Positions 39,326 to 49,041 of a stretch of 64,000 nucleotides of DNA are shown here, in pieces. The stretch's first letter is position 1. The number at the start of each line of letters is the position of its first letter. The notes under the pieces were generated by a model. It saw only the letters and a program-made list of their open reading frames with translations. It did not search any database and was not told the origin of the DNA. The stretch is from IMG/VR virus record IMGVR_UViG_3300035698_013060, positions 62,001-126,000 of that record. One strand, 5' to 3'. The position numbers and the translations under genes are program-made.

Positions 39326-39793
39326 ATGAACATTCAGTATGCAAAGCTTTGCTCGCTTGTCCTCCAAGACATCAACCATGGCATCCCGATCATGCCCTTC
39401 GACATCAGTGTCGGTGGGACCGGTCGGACAAACATGATGTATCACTTTACTCCTGATGTGGAGTTGGTGACTTTCGGAGACAATTTCGGTGTGGTAGTGC
39501 AGGACAGCCAAGACCAAGACAGTCGGAAGATCTGTGCATTCGTCTGTTCGGACGAAGTTATCACTGCCAGCCCTGAGATCCTCGATGATGTCGTCGAGAT
39601 GGGCCTAGCTGCTTGGGGTGGAAAACTCCTGGCTCCCCACGAAGCACGGACCCTGGCCCTGAAGCTTCAACCGGCAAGACAGATCGAATTGCCTGATCCT
39701 GAGAATCCCGAAAACATCCTGACGTACGATCTCGGCGAGATTACTCTCGACGGTGATGACGTCTTGACCCGGACGAGAACCCTCGTCGAGTAA
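39326..39793 (+). CDS. Hypothetical protein
   Basis: ORF with RBS. Confidence 0.7.
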   Translation: MNIQYAKLCSLVLQDINHGIPIMPFDISVGGTGRTNMMYHFTPDVELVTFGDNFGVVVQDSQDQDSRKICAFVCSDEVITASPEILDDVVEMGLAAWGGKLLAPHEARTLALKLQPARQIELPDPENPENILTYDLGEITLDGDDVLTRTRTLVE

Positions 39794-39838
39794 TGAGAAG
39801 GTTGAAATAGGTAGGACCTTTTCATAGGAGACTTACGA

Positions 39839-41209
39839 ATGAGCAAACTAGACGTATCTAAGATTGATGCTGAAGGCTTTCCGAACAAAACTGGTATCAG
39901 ACTGAGACCCGATGGTCTCGGAGGTCACCATTGGGATCATTGGTTTCCAATCGGGGGGATCTTTGCTCCAATCAAACTCTCTTATGAAGGTATATTTGCC
40001 TTTGACGTGAGAGATAAGTCTTTGTGGGCTTGGGGAAACAATACAGACGGGAAATGTGGAATCGGGTCAGCTACACTGGCTATACTCTCTCCTACCAGAG
40101 TAGCGGGAGAACACAGGTTCAGGATGATCGGCTGTACCGAGCAGAATAATGAAAATCATGCTGTGGCTCTTCGAGAAGATGGTACTGCATGGTCTTGGGG
40201 TAGTGGTGTTGCTGGTAGACTGGGAGTAGGAAGTATTGTTTCGTACAACTCTCCAGTTTCTGTACACGGAAATCATACTTTCGTGAAAGTCGTAGCTAGA
40301 GACGGGGGATGTACTGGTCTTCGAAAAGATGGTACTGTCTGGTCTTGGGGTAGTGGTGCTGATGGAGTGCTAGGTGATGATACGATTATCGATAAACTAA
40401 CGCCAGTATCTGTCGTTGGAGGACATTCATTCGTCGATATTGAAGTCCACGCTCGACGCATTCTTGCCATTAAAGAAGATGGCACTGTATGGTCTTGGGG
40501 AAACAATGATAATGGGACGCTTGGACTCGGTGATATAGTACACCGATCATCTCCTGTGATGATTGTAGGTCATGTCTTCACCAGAATCGGAACTAGCAAT
40601 GCCTGGGGTGATTTCGTTGACTCTTCTTATGGTTTCAAGGAGGATGATTCTCTTTGGATGTGGGGAAACGGGACATATGGAGTATTAGGAAATGGATCTA
40701 TAAGCGATAAGTTTGTGCCCACTTCCGTTAGTGGCGGACACAATTTTGTCGATATCCAGGTCTATGACCATGTTATAGCTCTTCGAGAAGATGGTACTGC
40801 ATGGTCTTGGGGTCACAACCTAAATGGAGAAATTGGTAACAATACTTCTCCTACAGATCTCAATGTACCAACCTCTGTCAACGGAGGGCATATTTTCGTT
40901 AAAGTCGCCAGGCTTCACAGTTCCTCGTACGGCATAGACGAGAATGGACAAGTGTGGTCGTGGGGATTTAACACATTCGGAGAACTTGGAGACGGAACTA
41001 CAATAGGTAAATTGGTGCCGGTGTCTGTAACAGGAAATCATTCCTTTGTAGACATCATTGGAGCAAACGAGGCCACGATAGCAGCCAGAAAGGACGATGG
41101 TTCTCTCTGGATGTGGGGATCTCATGGCGATGGGCAATGTGGCGATGGTACAGCTATCACTGACGCTAAACCCGATCCTGTCATGGTACTCCATAATTTC
41201 GGTTGGTAA
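39839..41209 (+). CDS. RCC1-repeat protein 2
   Basis: DGTxWSWG...GxLG repeats. Confidence 0.9.
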   Translation: MSKLDVSKIDAEGFPNKTGIRLRPDGLGGHHWDHWFPIGGIFAPIKLSYEGIFAFDVRDKSLWAWGNNTDGKCGIGSATLAILSPTRVAGEHRFRMIGCTEQNNENHAVALREDGTAWSWGSGVAGRLGVGSIVSYNSPVSVHGNHTFVKVVARDGGCTGLRKDGTVWSWGSGADGVLGDDTIIDKLTPVSVVGGHSFVDIEVHARRILAIKEDGTVWSWGNNDNGTLGLGDIVHRSSPVMIVGHVFTRIGTSNAWGDFVDSSYGFKEDDSLWMWGNGTYGVLGNGSISDKFVPTSVSGGHNFVDIQVYDHVIALREDGTAWSWGHNLNGEIGNNTSPTDLNVPTSVNGGHIFVKVARLHSSSYGIDENGQVWSWGFNTFGELGDGTTIGKLVPVSVTGNHSFVDIIGANEATIAARKDDGSLWMWGSHGDGQCGDGTAITDAKPDPVMVLHNFGW

Positions 41210-41228
41210 TCGACCTCTCAGCAGTACG

Positions 41229-41270
41229 ACCCCTGCCCTACAAGGGCAGGGGCTCTTCTGCTGTTTTCTT
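41229..41270 (+). terminator. Intrinsic terminator
   Basis: cccctgccct-aca-agggcagggg hairpin followed by T-rich sequence. Confidence 0.7.
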
Positions 41271-41314
41271 CGTAAAACGTGTATCCGTCAGTCCTTGCGT
41301 CCGAGGACCGATAT

Positions 41315-41338
41315 AACAATAAATTGGACCTATATTAG
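41315..41338 (+). promoter_or_regulatory. Tandem putative late (AACAATAAATTG) and early (TATATTAG) promoters for RNR
   Basis: Both recurrent motifs are present. Confidence 0.55.
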
Positions 41339-41419
41339 CAATGCAGTGACTTCCCATTCAATGAATGGGATTTTCACTACAGAGCCTAGACAGACGGGAA
41401 CGCATCGAGGAGAGAACGC

Positions 41420-43672
41420 ATGGCGACAGACAACCAGCTTCTGGCCGACTTCGTGGTGGCCTCTAAGTATTCGAACTACATTGCGGAGAAGAAAAGGAGA
41501 GAAATCTACGAAGAGTCGACGCTGAGAGTAACTGAGATGCACAGAGCTCGATTCGATGGCGTAGGCGTCGATGAACACATTGATACGGCTGAGAAGATGA
41601 TGCTTGACAGGGAGATCCTGGGTTCCCAACGCGCACTCCAATTTGGTGGGGACGCGATCCTGAAGAAGAATGCCCGTATGTACAACTGTACAGGGAGTTA
41701 TTGTGATCGGGCCAAGTTCTTCCAAGAAGTAACTTGGGTTCTCCTATGTGGATGTGGAGCCGGATTCTCAGTCCAAAGACACCACATCGCTAAGCTCCCA
41801 GCCATCGCACGTCCCAAAGGTGAAGAGGTGACGTATGTCATCCCCGATACCATTGAAGGCTGGGCTGACTCTGTTGGTATCCTGATGTCTAGCTACTTTG
41901 TCACAGATCACCCCTTTCCAGAGTTCGCAGGGAAATGGGTCAACTTCGACTTCAGTCTTATCAGGCCTCTCGGAGCTCCGTTGTCTTACGGTGGTAAAGC
42001 TCCTGGACCTGATCCGTTGAAGAAGTCTTTGGAGAAGATGCGGAATCTCCTCCAACGTATTACCTGTGAAGAAGGGGAGACCAGACTTAATCCAATCGAC
42101 GCCTACGACCTTACCATGTACGCATCGGATGCAGTGGTTGCGGGTGGGGTCAGACGCAGTGCCTGTCTGTGTGCCTTCAGCGCGGATGATGAAGCAATGG
42201 CCCGAGCCAAGACTGGGCGTTGGAACCAAGAGAATCCGCAGAGAGGCCGTTCCAACAACTCAGCAGTCCTTTTGAGGGATGGTACAGACTATTCTAACTT
42301 CTTTACTCTCATAGAGCACATCAAAGAGTGGGGTGAGCCTGGGTTCTTATGGGTGGACGATCTGGATCAATTGTTCAATCCGTGTGTAGAGATAGGTCTC
42401 TGGCCGAAACATCCTGTGACAGGAGAGACTGGCTGGGCTTTCTGTAACCTGACTGAGATCAATGTAGCGACCTGTAGTACTCCTCAAGAGTTCTACGACA
42501 GGTGCCACGGTGCCACCATCCTCGGGACGCTCCAGGCAGCCTATACGGATTTCGGTTATCTTGGACAAGTTACTAAGGACATCGTTGAATTTGAATCTCT
42601 TATCGGGGTTTCGATGACAGGAATGATGCAGAACCCGGACATCGCACTGGACCCAGAGGTACAGCGGAATGGGGCTAAGATTGTCCTTGATACGAACGAG
42701 AAACTGGCTGCCAAGATTGGTATCAAGCCGTGTGCTCGTGGTACATGTATCAAGCCAGCCGGTTCAACAAGCTGTGTGTTCAGAGTTATCAGCCCTGGTA
42801 TTCACTACAACCATGCTCACAGGTACTTCCGGACAGTCCAGACCAACAAGACTGAGCCTACTGGAACCTACTTCAAGGAGCTCAACCCTCTCGCCGTGGA
42901 AGAAAGCGTCTGGAACGTCAACAAGACGGACTGGGCCATGACTTTCCGTATCGAGACAGGTGGTAAGGGCATCGTGAAGAGAGACATGAATGCCATGAAA
43001 CTCTTGGATGCTGTGAAACTGACTCAAGAGAACTGGGTTGGTGCAGGGAAGGTAGAAGAAAGATGTGCCATGCCATTCCTAACTCACAACGTCTCCAATA
43101 CGGTTGACGTTGCGGATGGAGAGTGGGAAGAAGTGGTTAAGTTTATCTACGTGAATCGTCACCGTTTCACCGGAGTTACTCTACTATCTGACGGTGGGGA
43201 CTTGGACTTTCCACAAGCTCCGTTCTGTGAAGTCCTTACGTCTGATGAAGTCGTCGAGCACTACGGCGTCGGAGCCATCATGTCCAGCGGTCTAATCGTT
43301 GATGGGATGCACGCGTTCGACGATGACTTGTGGGCAGCTTGCGGCTGCGCTCTTGGGAAGGGAGAAGACCTGGAGAAGAAGCTTGATATCGGTCTTCCGA
43401 GGCGAGTGGCAGAGGCTTGGGAAGCAGTCAGAGAATCTAGAAGAGACTGGGTCCGAAGAGCTATACAGTTCGCCGATAGGTACTTCGACGGAAATACCAT
43501 CAAGATGACCCGGTGTCTCAAGCGCGTTCATAACTGTAAGCGATGGGAAGATCTCGGTAGAGAGATGGTTCCAGTTGATTACACTCAGATGAGAGAAGAA
43601 GAGGACAATACTACTAAGTCCGAGACTATCGCCTGTGGTGGTAAGGACGGATCGTGTCGCATTGCTATTTAA
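41420..43672 (+). CDS. nrdJ: Ribonucleotide reductase, class II (adenosylcobalamin-dependent, monomeric type)
   Basis: YNC, GCGAGFS, VVAGGVRRSA, NPCVEI, CNLTEIN, TCIKPAGSTS, C-terminal CxxxxxxC; no small subunit nearby. Confidence 0.88.
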   Translation: MATDNQLLADFVVASKYSNYIAEKKRREIYEESTLRVTEMHRARFDGVGVDEHIDTAEKMMLDREILGSQRALQFGGDAILKKNARMYNCTGSYCDRAKFFQEVTWVLLCGCGAGFSVQRHHIAKLPAIARPKGEEVTYVIPDTIEGWADSVGILMSSYFVTDHPFPEFAGKWVNFDFSLIRPLGAPLSYGGKAPGPDPLKKSLEKMRNLLQRITCEEGETRLNPIDAYDLTMYASDAVVAGGVRRSACLCAFSADDEAMARAKTGRWNQENPQRGRSNNSAVLLRDGTDYSNFFTLIEHIKEWGEPGFLWVDDLDQLFNPCVEIGLWPKHPVTGETGWAFCNLTEINVATCSTPQEFYDRCHGATILGTLQAAYTDFGYLGQVTKDIVEFESLIGVSMTGMMQNPDIALDPEVQRNGAKIVLDTNEKLAAKIGIKPCARGTCIKPAGSTSCVFRVISPGIHYNHAHRYFRTVQTNKTEPTGTYFKELNPLAVEESVWNVNKTDWAMTFRIETGGKGIVKRDMNAMKLLDAVKLTQENWVGAGKVEERCAMPFLTHNVSNTVDVADGEWEEVVKFIYVNRHRFTGVTLLSDGGDLDFPQAPFCEVLTSDEVVEHYGVGAIMSSGLIVDGMHAFDDDLWAACGCALGKGEDLEKKLDIGLPRRVAEAWEAVRESRRDWVRRAIQFADRYFDGNTIKMTRCLKRVHNCKRWEDLGREMVPVDYTQMREEEDNTTKSETIACGGKDGSCRIAI

Positions 43673-43678
43673 AGGAGA

Positions 43679-43876
43679 ATGACCGTGGAAGACAATGACG
43701 GTAAGTGTTGTGGCGAGGACATGGAACCTATCGGTATGACGTTCGGTAACGGCTTCAAATGCCGGGTATGTGGACGTGAAGAGCCGGAGGTGGCTAGTTG
43801 GAAGATGGCAGGGAACTATGAAGAGCTGCTGACTACGGAGTTCAATCCCGGAGACAAGTCCAAGCGTAAACGATAG
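43679..43876 (+). CDS. Small zinc-ribbon protein
   Basis: CCG...CRVC; AAGGAG RBS. Confidence 0.65.
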   Translation: MTVEDNDGKCCGEDMEPIGMTFGNGFKCRVCGREEPEVASWKMAGNYEELLTTEFNPGDKSKRKR

Positions 43877-43890
43877 GCCTTGGTAAGTGA

Positions 43891-43940
43891 TAAAAAACCC
43901 CCTACCTTTACAGGTAGGGGGCTCTAATTTCATTTTCTTT
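43891..43940. terminator. Bidirectional terminator
   Basis: aaaaaa-cccctacct-ttac-aggtagggg between convergent genes. Confidence 0.8.
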
Positions 43941-43944
43941 CTTC

Positions 43945-45180
43945 TTAGACCTTTACAGGAAAGGTCTTCACTACTTGTACTGGTACGTTGGAATTCAGAT
44001 CAAACCCGTTTCCAAGTCCACCTGCTGTTCCCATACCCCAGCTCCAGACTTCTCCATTGGTTTTGGCTGCACAACAAGTTACAGCTCCAGCCTTGATTTG
44101 CACAAAACTGTGATTTCCAAGAACGGAAACTGGAGAATTAGTGCTACCCGTGCCAATGGTTACACCATTACCAAGCTGTCCATACAAGTTTGATCCCCAA
44201 CACCAGGTGGATCCATCATCTTTCAATCCAATCCCGAAATTGTATCCTAAATCAGCTTGGACAAAAAGGTGAATGTCAACATGATTCATCAGTGTTGGAA
44301 CCGTTCGGGACAGGTTGTCACCAAGTCCGAGAACACCGTTAATGTTGTATCCCCATCCCCAAAACTCACCATTCTCTTTAATGGCTACAACCGCATCATT
44401 ACCATTTCCGCCATTAATCGTTACAAAAGAGTGTCCTCCTGAAACGATCATAGGAGTCATAACTTTGGCATCAGTTATTCCTAATCCGAGGTTTTGATTT
44501 TCATTTGATCCCCAGGCCCAACAAGATCCATCTTCCTTCAGCCCATATGATGTACAGGTACCAATAGCTATATCTACAAAAATATGGCCACCTATGACGG
44601 AAGTAGGAGTGTACTTATCGTTCTCTTCGAATACGCTATAGTTGTTTTGACCGAGCTGTCCATATCCATTACGGCCCCAGCACCAACAATGCCCGTTTGT
44701 ATCCAACGCCATGGCATTAGTTAACCCAGCAACGGCTTTCGCAAAGATATGTCCTCCATGAACAGAAATTGGCGTCATCTCTTGGCTTTTTCCTGGGTAC
44801 GAGTTATCGCCAAGTATTCCTGAACCGTTATAACCCCAAATCCATAGTTCTCCATTCTCTTTGATTCCCATATTTTTGTAGTGTCCTCCATACACTCCTG
44901 CGAATGTGTGATTACCAAAGACAGATACAGGAGAATTGTAATTCGTTCCCATGTTATTCTGTCCAAGCTGTCCATACAAGTTTGATCCCCAACACCAAGC
45001 TTTTCCATCACCATCCAATACTACGTTGCTGTATCCACAAGATCCTTTTCCAATAGGACCCCACTGGTCCCTCCGATGCGTAGCATCCATCAAAGAGGTA
45101 AGTTTCCCCCCTCCAGGAATCAGAACTCTAGAAACATCTGCAAGTTCTGTTTTGAAATTGTCAATCTGTAGCTTGCTCAT
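43945..45180 (-). CDS. RCC1-repeat protein 3
   Basis: WCWGSNxYGQLG repeats; AGGAG RBS before MSKLQID at 45180. Confidence 0.9.
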   Translation of the reverse strand: MSKLQIDNFKTELADVSRVLIPGGGKLTSLMDATHRRDQWGPIGKGSCGYSNVVLDGDGKAWCWGSNLYGQLGQNNMGTNYNSPVSVFGNHTFAGVYGGHYKNMGIKENGELWIWGYNGSGILGDNSYPGKSQEMTPISVHGGHIFAKAVAGLTNAMALDTNGHCWCWGRNGYGQLGQNNYSVFEENDKYTPTSVIGGHIFVDIAIGTCTSYGLKEDGSCWAWGSNENQNLGLGITDAKVMTPMIVSGGHSFVTINGGNGNDAVVAIKENGEFWGWGYNINGVLGLGDNLSRTVPTLMNHVDIHLFVQADLGYNFGIGLKDDGSTWCWGSNLYGQLGNGVTIGTGSTNSPVSVLGNHSFVQIKAGAVTCCAAKTNGEVWSWGMGTAGGLGNGFDLNSNVPVQVVKTFPVKV

Positions 45181-46952
45181 ACTTCTACTCCTCTTACGTT
45201 CTTGAATTGCTTCAGGTCGGCATACAGAGCCACATAGTGTGTTGTGTTGAAAAATGGATTCTGGACTGTAAGAATCTTCTCTTCCCAATCCATCGACAAC
45301 TTGGATTGATCTAGGTAATCAGCACCCTTCTGTATGACTCTGATCCCGAAGAAGACATCGTTGTCAGTTCCAGCTGCAATATTGGAATCGATGACATTCT
45401 CTACGAGTCCAAGATGGCCCCTGAGATGGACTAGGTCCTCGGTCAAGGTCGTCAAGACGGTGCCGAACCTCGGAACTACTGAGACTTCTGCCAACCACAA
45501 CTTACAGGCCTGTTGGACCGTCGGTTTAATGGTGATGGAACAGATGTCGTTCGGGATAGGAATTCCCAGCTCAAAGGTCTGATACTTACTGGGCCAGGTG
45601 AATCTGAATCTTGAGAGGAACTGTTCCGCCTCATAGTTCCCGAAGATCACGTCGAACTCCATCCTCTCGATGTCACATGCCGCCCGGATCACGACCTTGT
45701 GACGTCTACGTCTGCGATCGAAGTTGATGTCGTTAGATTGAAATTCGAAGACTCCATCAGTAGATTCTATCAACTGAACGCTCTCACCTTCTACGTCGAC
45801 AAAGGTAGTTTCCTCTGCGAATACCGTATTCAGAGCTCCTATCCCACCATTCCATCCATCAACTAGAACCAGTCCGGGACCGTTGTCTATGAAAGTACTA
45901 CCCTTGATAGGCCAAGGATTCTTCTCATCTCCATAGACTGGGACGGACTGATCGGTGGAAGCTGGAGCTTCAGTCACGAAACCCTTGAAGAAGACCAACT
46001 GTTTCCCATCCTCAAGCTCCGATTTCGGAGAGATGGCCAATCTCGTGACAGCAACCGAAGGTGTGAGAGACTCTCTCAGGACGTCTTCTATGACTTCTCC
46101 ATAGCTCGGATCGAAGTCTCTGGTCTCAACAGCAAAGTTGGTCGGAGTATGGAACTGGACTTGACCTGAGAAGGTAATCTCTCCCCGGCTCTTGGACTGG
46201 TCCTGTTCTTGTAGTTCTCCGGAAGGAAGTGAATCGAACTTGAGCAGCAGGTTGGAAGTATAGTTGAAGATGTAGAATGGTCTTGCCTTAGAAGGATCCA
46301 CGATCTCGTTTATGGCCTGGCGAGAACTACCCCGTAAGACTTCCAAGAAGGAGGCCCTATCGGTCTCATCTTCCAGATCCATGTCATATTCACCTGCCAG
46401 CGCGTAGACGATAATGTTCGGTATGACAGCTGACATGGGGTGACGGTTCATATAGAAGAACTCGTTGAAAATTACTCCATGCTTCAACCATGACATCGCA
46501 TCCCACATCGACATTTCACCATCTGTTCGAATGGCGACCTCAAAGTTCAACCTATGGAACTTCGGAAGAGTGAAGGCATACCTGTCGTACTTCTCATCAA
46601 AGAAGATATGAGGATAACTCCCAGCCATCTCGTTAAGATGACCGTGATTCATCGCTATGTGCTTCCACTTGTTCTCAGTGGGGTTCTCAGAAATAGTCTC
46701 TTCCATCGTGTAGATGGGCTTGATGGACAAAGCCGGAGTCTTCCTGATGAATTCATCAGAGACCTTATCGGTAGTCTGCCTTTCCTCCAAGTGCCTCTGT
46801 TCTCTGACAGAGATACTTTCCGACCCGATCACTACGTCCTTGAAGTACCCGTGAGGAAATTTCCGGATGAAGAAGTCAGACAACACCCTCGCGGTCTGCG
46901 AGAGAACGTAGCTGATGTTGCCTGTGGCAGTGAATATCTTAGTTGAATTCAT
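45177..46952 (-). CDS. Probable virion structural protein
   Basis: Long ORF with AACATACAATAC motif upstream (46987-46998); KFPHGYFKDV pattern recalled from AR9-like structural proteins. Confidence 0.6.
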   Translation of the reverse strand: MNSTKIFTATGNISYVLSQTARVLSDFFIRKFPHGYFKDVVIGSESISVREQRHLEERQTTDKVSDEFIRKTPALSIKPIYTMEETISENPTENKWKHIAMNHGHLNEMAGSYPHIFFDEKYDRYAFTLPKFHRLNFEVAIRTDGEMSMWDAMSWLKHGVIFNEFFYMNRHPMSAVIPNIIVYALAGEYDMDLEDETDRASFLEVLRGSSRQAINEIVDPSKARPFYIFNYTSNLLLKFDSLPSGELQEQDQSKSRGEITFSGQVQFHTPTNFAVETRDFDPSYGEVIEDVLRESLTPSVAVTRLAISPKSELEDGKQLVFFKGFVTEAPASTDQSVPVYGDEKNPWPIKGSTFIDNGPGLVLVDGWNGGIGALNTVFAEETTFVDVEGESVQLIESTDGVFEFQSNDINFDRRRRRHKVVIRAACDIERMEFDVIFGNYEAEQFLSRFRFTWPSKYQTFELGIPIPNDICSITIKPTVQQACKLWLAEVSVVPRFGTVLTTLTEDLVHLRGHLGLVENVIDSNIAAGTDNDVFFGIRVIQKGADYLDQSKLSMDWEEKILTVQNPFFNTTHYVALYADLKQFKNVRGVEV

Positions 46953-47006
46953 TCCAGTTTCCCTGACTTTGGTTATGGGGTCCTCAGTATTGTATGTTCC
47001 CAGAAG

Positions 47007-47045
47007 AAAAAATAGAAGGGAGGGCTTCACGCCCTCCCCCTATTT
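47007..47045 (-). terminator. Intrinsic terminator
   Basis: gggagggc-ttcac-gccctccc hairpin with a minus-strand U-tract. Confidence 0.75.
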
Positions 47046-47065
47046 CATTCCTACAGGAAGTAGTG

Positions 47066-47509
47066 TCAGCCTTCCTCACTATTCTTGGATCCATCCGGAT
47101 TGAACCATTCGAACCTGGCTACGTCGTAGTCTGGTTCACCTTCTTTACAGGTTCCGAAGTCAATGTTTCCAGCCAGTGTTAGAGCCTTTTCTCTGGCATC
47201 TTCTATGTCTTTGCATCCCTTGATGCTCAACACGGTCTCTCTCGCTGAAGTCCTTCGGACGGTCACATCGATATCCTTGAGAATTTCGTCACATGATTTT
47301 GGGAATCTGTCTTGGGCCATCTCAGTTGCCACCGCAGAATCGATAGCACTCTTATCCTCGAAACCCACGAGAGAAGCCGTCATCTTCTGTTCTGCGATGA
47401 TCTTTGTCTGTTCAGTATGACCATCAATAGCCTTCGACAAATTGTCCATCGACTGAGTCAGTCGATATAACCGGCCTCTGTCGTCGTCGCTCAGTCTTAA
47501 CAACTCCAT
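47066..47509 (-). CDS. Hypothetical protein
   Basis: AGGA RBS; 147 aa. Confidence 0.7.
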   Translation of the reverse strand: MELLRLSDDDRGRLYRLTQSMDNLSKAIDGHTEQTKIIAEQKMTASLVGFEDKSAIDSAVATEMAQDRFPKSCDEILKDIDVTVRRTSARETVLSIKGCKDIEDAREKALTLAGNIDFGTCKEGEPDYDVARFEWFNPDGSKNSEEG

Positions 47510-47532
47510 CAGTTCTTCCTTTTACTTGTAGT

Positions 47533-47630
47533 TGGTCTCGGGGGCGGGACTCGAACCCGCAACGGCCTCCTCATTTCCGGACTTTATAACCTACCGGCAG
47601 GAACACGTCTACCAATTTTGTTACCCCGAG
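47533..47630 (-). tRNA. tRNA-like RNA with Leu-type D-loop and non-canonical 27-nt anticodon loop (identity unassignable)
   Basis: Acceptor CTCGGGG/CCCCGAG plus ACCA; T-arm GCGGG-TTCGAGT-CCCGC; D-loop AATTGGTAGA. Confidence 0.75.
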
Positions 47631-47637
47631 TTGGTAC

Positions 47638-48993
47638 TTACTTTAGGAACGAATCAAGGCCCATGAAGTAGTCCTTACCGAGTGCCAGCTTCCGGTTGAA
47701 CTTCCCAGTGTCCTGAGACACTACGAGATTCCTCGGTTCCAGCGGAGCAAAGTGATCCTTCAGAGCCATGTCTTTCAACGAAACCGTCGTGATGACGTCA
47801 CCGTCGAAGTCTCCAGCGATGAGTGCTAGGATATGATTCGAGATACTCAATGTCAGGTCGTTGTAGTCCCGCTTGATCCCAGCAATCTTGACCTTCAAGA
47901 TACTACCGAGTTCGATGGTCGGATTCCGGTTCAGAAGGATTGAGAGTCCTCCCTCAGTACGCTCGACCAACTCTTCCAGGATGTCGTACACCCTTTGAGA
48001 GAAACAGGTAGTAGCGTAGAACCAGATTCTTGACGCCTCTTGGTACGATCCTGTTGTCCTGGAGAGAACGTTAATGATCTCGTACTTGAACATCTCCACA
48101 GCTGCCAGATACGGATACAGAACCTCACCCATCTCATACCCTATGGGCAATGGGATGATGACGGTCCTCACTGAGAAGTTGACCCTAGAGCCCAGCAACG
48201 TGGATCGAAGAAACCCGGTCTTACCTGCCAGGACAGAGTTTACCTTCTCATACAGACGGTTCGAAGCGAACTGAATCTCAGCCAGAAGAGGCAGGGTAGA
48301 CAACTCAGTCTTTTCCAAACCCTCCTTAGCTTTGATGGTATTGATGTTGTTGATCATCAGATTGAAGAAGTTATTCTCCTCGGCGAAGGTGAACTGCTTC
48401 TGAATGACGATCGCCGGACGCAGCAGGCAGCTGTAGACAGGATAACGGTCTACCCACACGAGATCCTCATGCTCACAGATGAACTCGTAAGCTTCCCGAC
48501 ATGAGGCTCTCTTCTTGTTCTGCATATGGAAGTGGTCCAGGACTTCACGAAAACGTTCCCGAAGCCTGATCATTCCAAGGTTAGCATAGGTCCCACCAGG
48601 GTTCTGTACGTTACCGTCCAGGTCCAGCTTAGGATCATACCGGACAATCCCTTCGAGTTCCTTACCAACTACCCGTTCGAACTGCTTGTAGAAGAACGGA
48701 TTGATAATGAAGTAAGGTTCCAGTAGAATCCACCCCTGCCTGGAGATCTCACTGGACCGATGCTTGACTTGTTCCCCACAATCAGGGCATGTCTCTCCTG
48801 AGTGGAACCGGCCACTTACGCGTCCACACAGGCAGGAGAAACTCATTCCTCCACTAATCCCCTTCCCGAAAATCTCCTCGGAGAATATACCGTCCGGAGT
48901 GAACTGATTCGTCTTAGAATCCACCGCCACATGGTTGGTAATCACTGCTTCCGCGTCGAAACCCTTGGTAAGGTCTGTTACTCGTAATCTCAT
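47638..48993 (-). CDS. rpoC: Non-virion RNA polymerase beta' subunit, N-terminal/catalytic part (AR9 gp270-like)
   Basis: DGIFSEEIFG, CLCG...CPDC Zn site, LRPA, GSRVNFSVRTVI, LLNRNPTI, catalytic GDFDGD. Confidence 0.93.
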   Translation of the reverse strand: MRLRVTDLTKGFDAEAVITNHVAVDSKTNQFTPDGIFSEEIFGKGISGGMSFSCLCGRVSGRFHSGETCPDCGEQVKHRSSEISRQGWILLEPYFIINPFFYKQFERVVGKELEGIVRYDPKLDLDGNVQNPGGTYANLGMIRLRERFREVLDHFHMQNKKRASCREAYEFICEHEDLVWVDRYPVYSCLLRPAIVIQKQFTFAEENNFFNLMINNINTIKAKEGLEKTELSTLPLLAEIQFASNRLYEKVNSVLAGKTGFLRSTLLGSRVNFSVRTVIIPLPIGYEMGEVLYPYLAAVEMFKYEIINVLSRTTGSYQEASRIWFYATTCFSQRVYDILEELVERTEGGLSILLNRNPTIELGSILKVKIAGIKRDYNDLTLSISNHILALIAGDFDGDVITTVSLKDMALKDHFAPLEPRNLVVSQDTGKFNRKLALGKDYFMGLDSFLK

Positions 48994-49041
48994 TCCGCCT
49001 CCTCTCTGCTTTTGTTCTTCAGATACAGTTTCTATAGTTGA

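Noticed and set aside
41325-41420. NrdR box or cobalamin riboswitch before nrdJ
   Set aside because: Spacing does not fit the NrdR palindrome and there is no B12 box; only a simple hairpin and promoter motifs
32879-45180. Diversity-generating retroelement acting on RCC1/fibre genes
   Set aside because: No reverse transcriptase and no template/variable repeat pair with adenine-specific differences seen in this window
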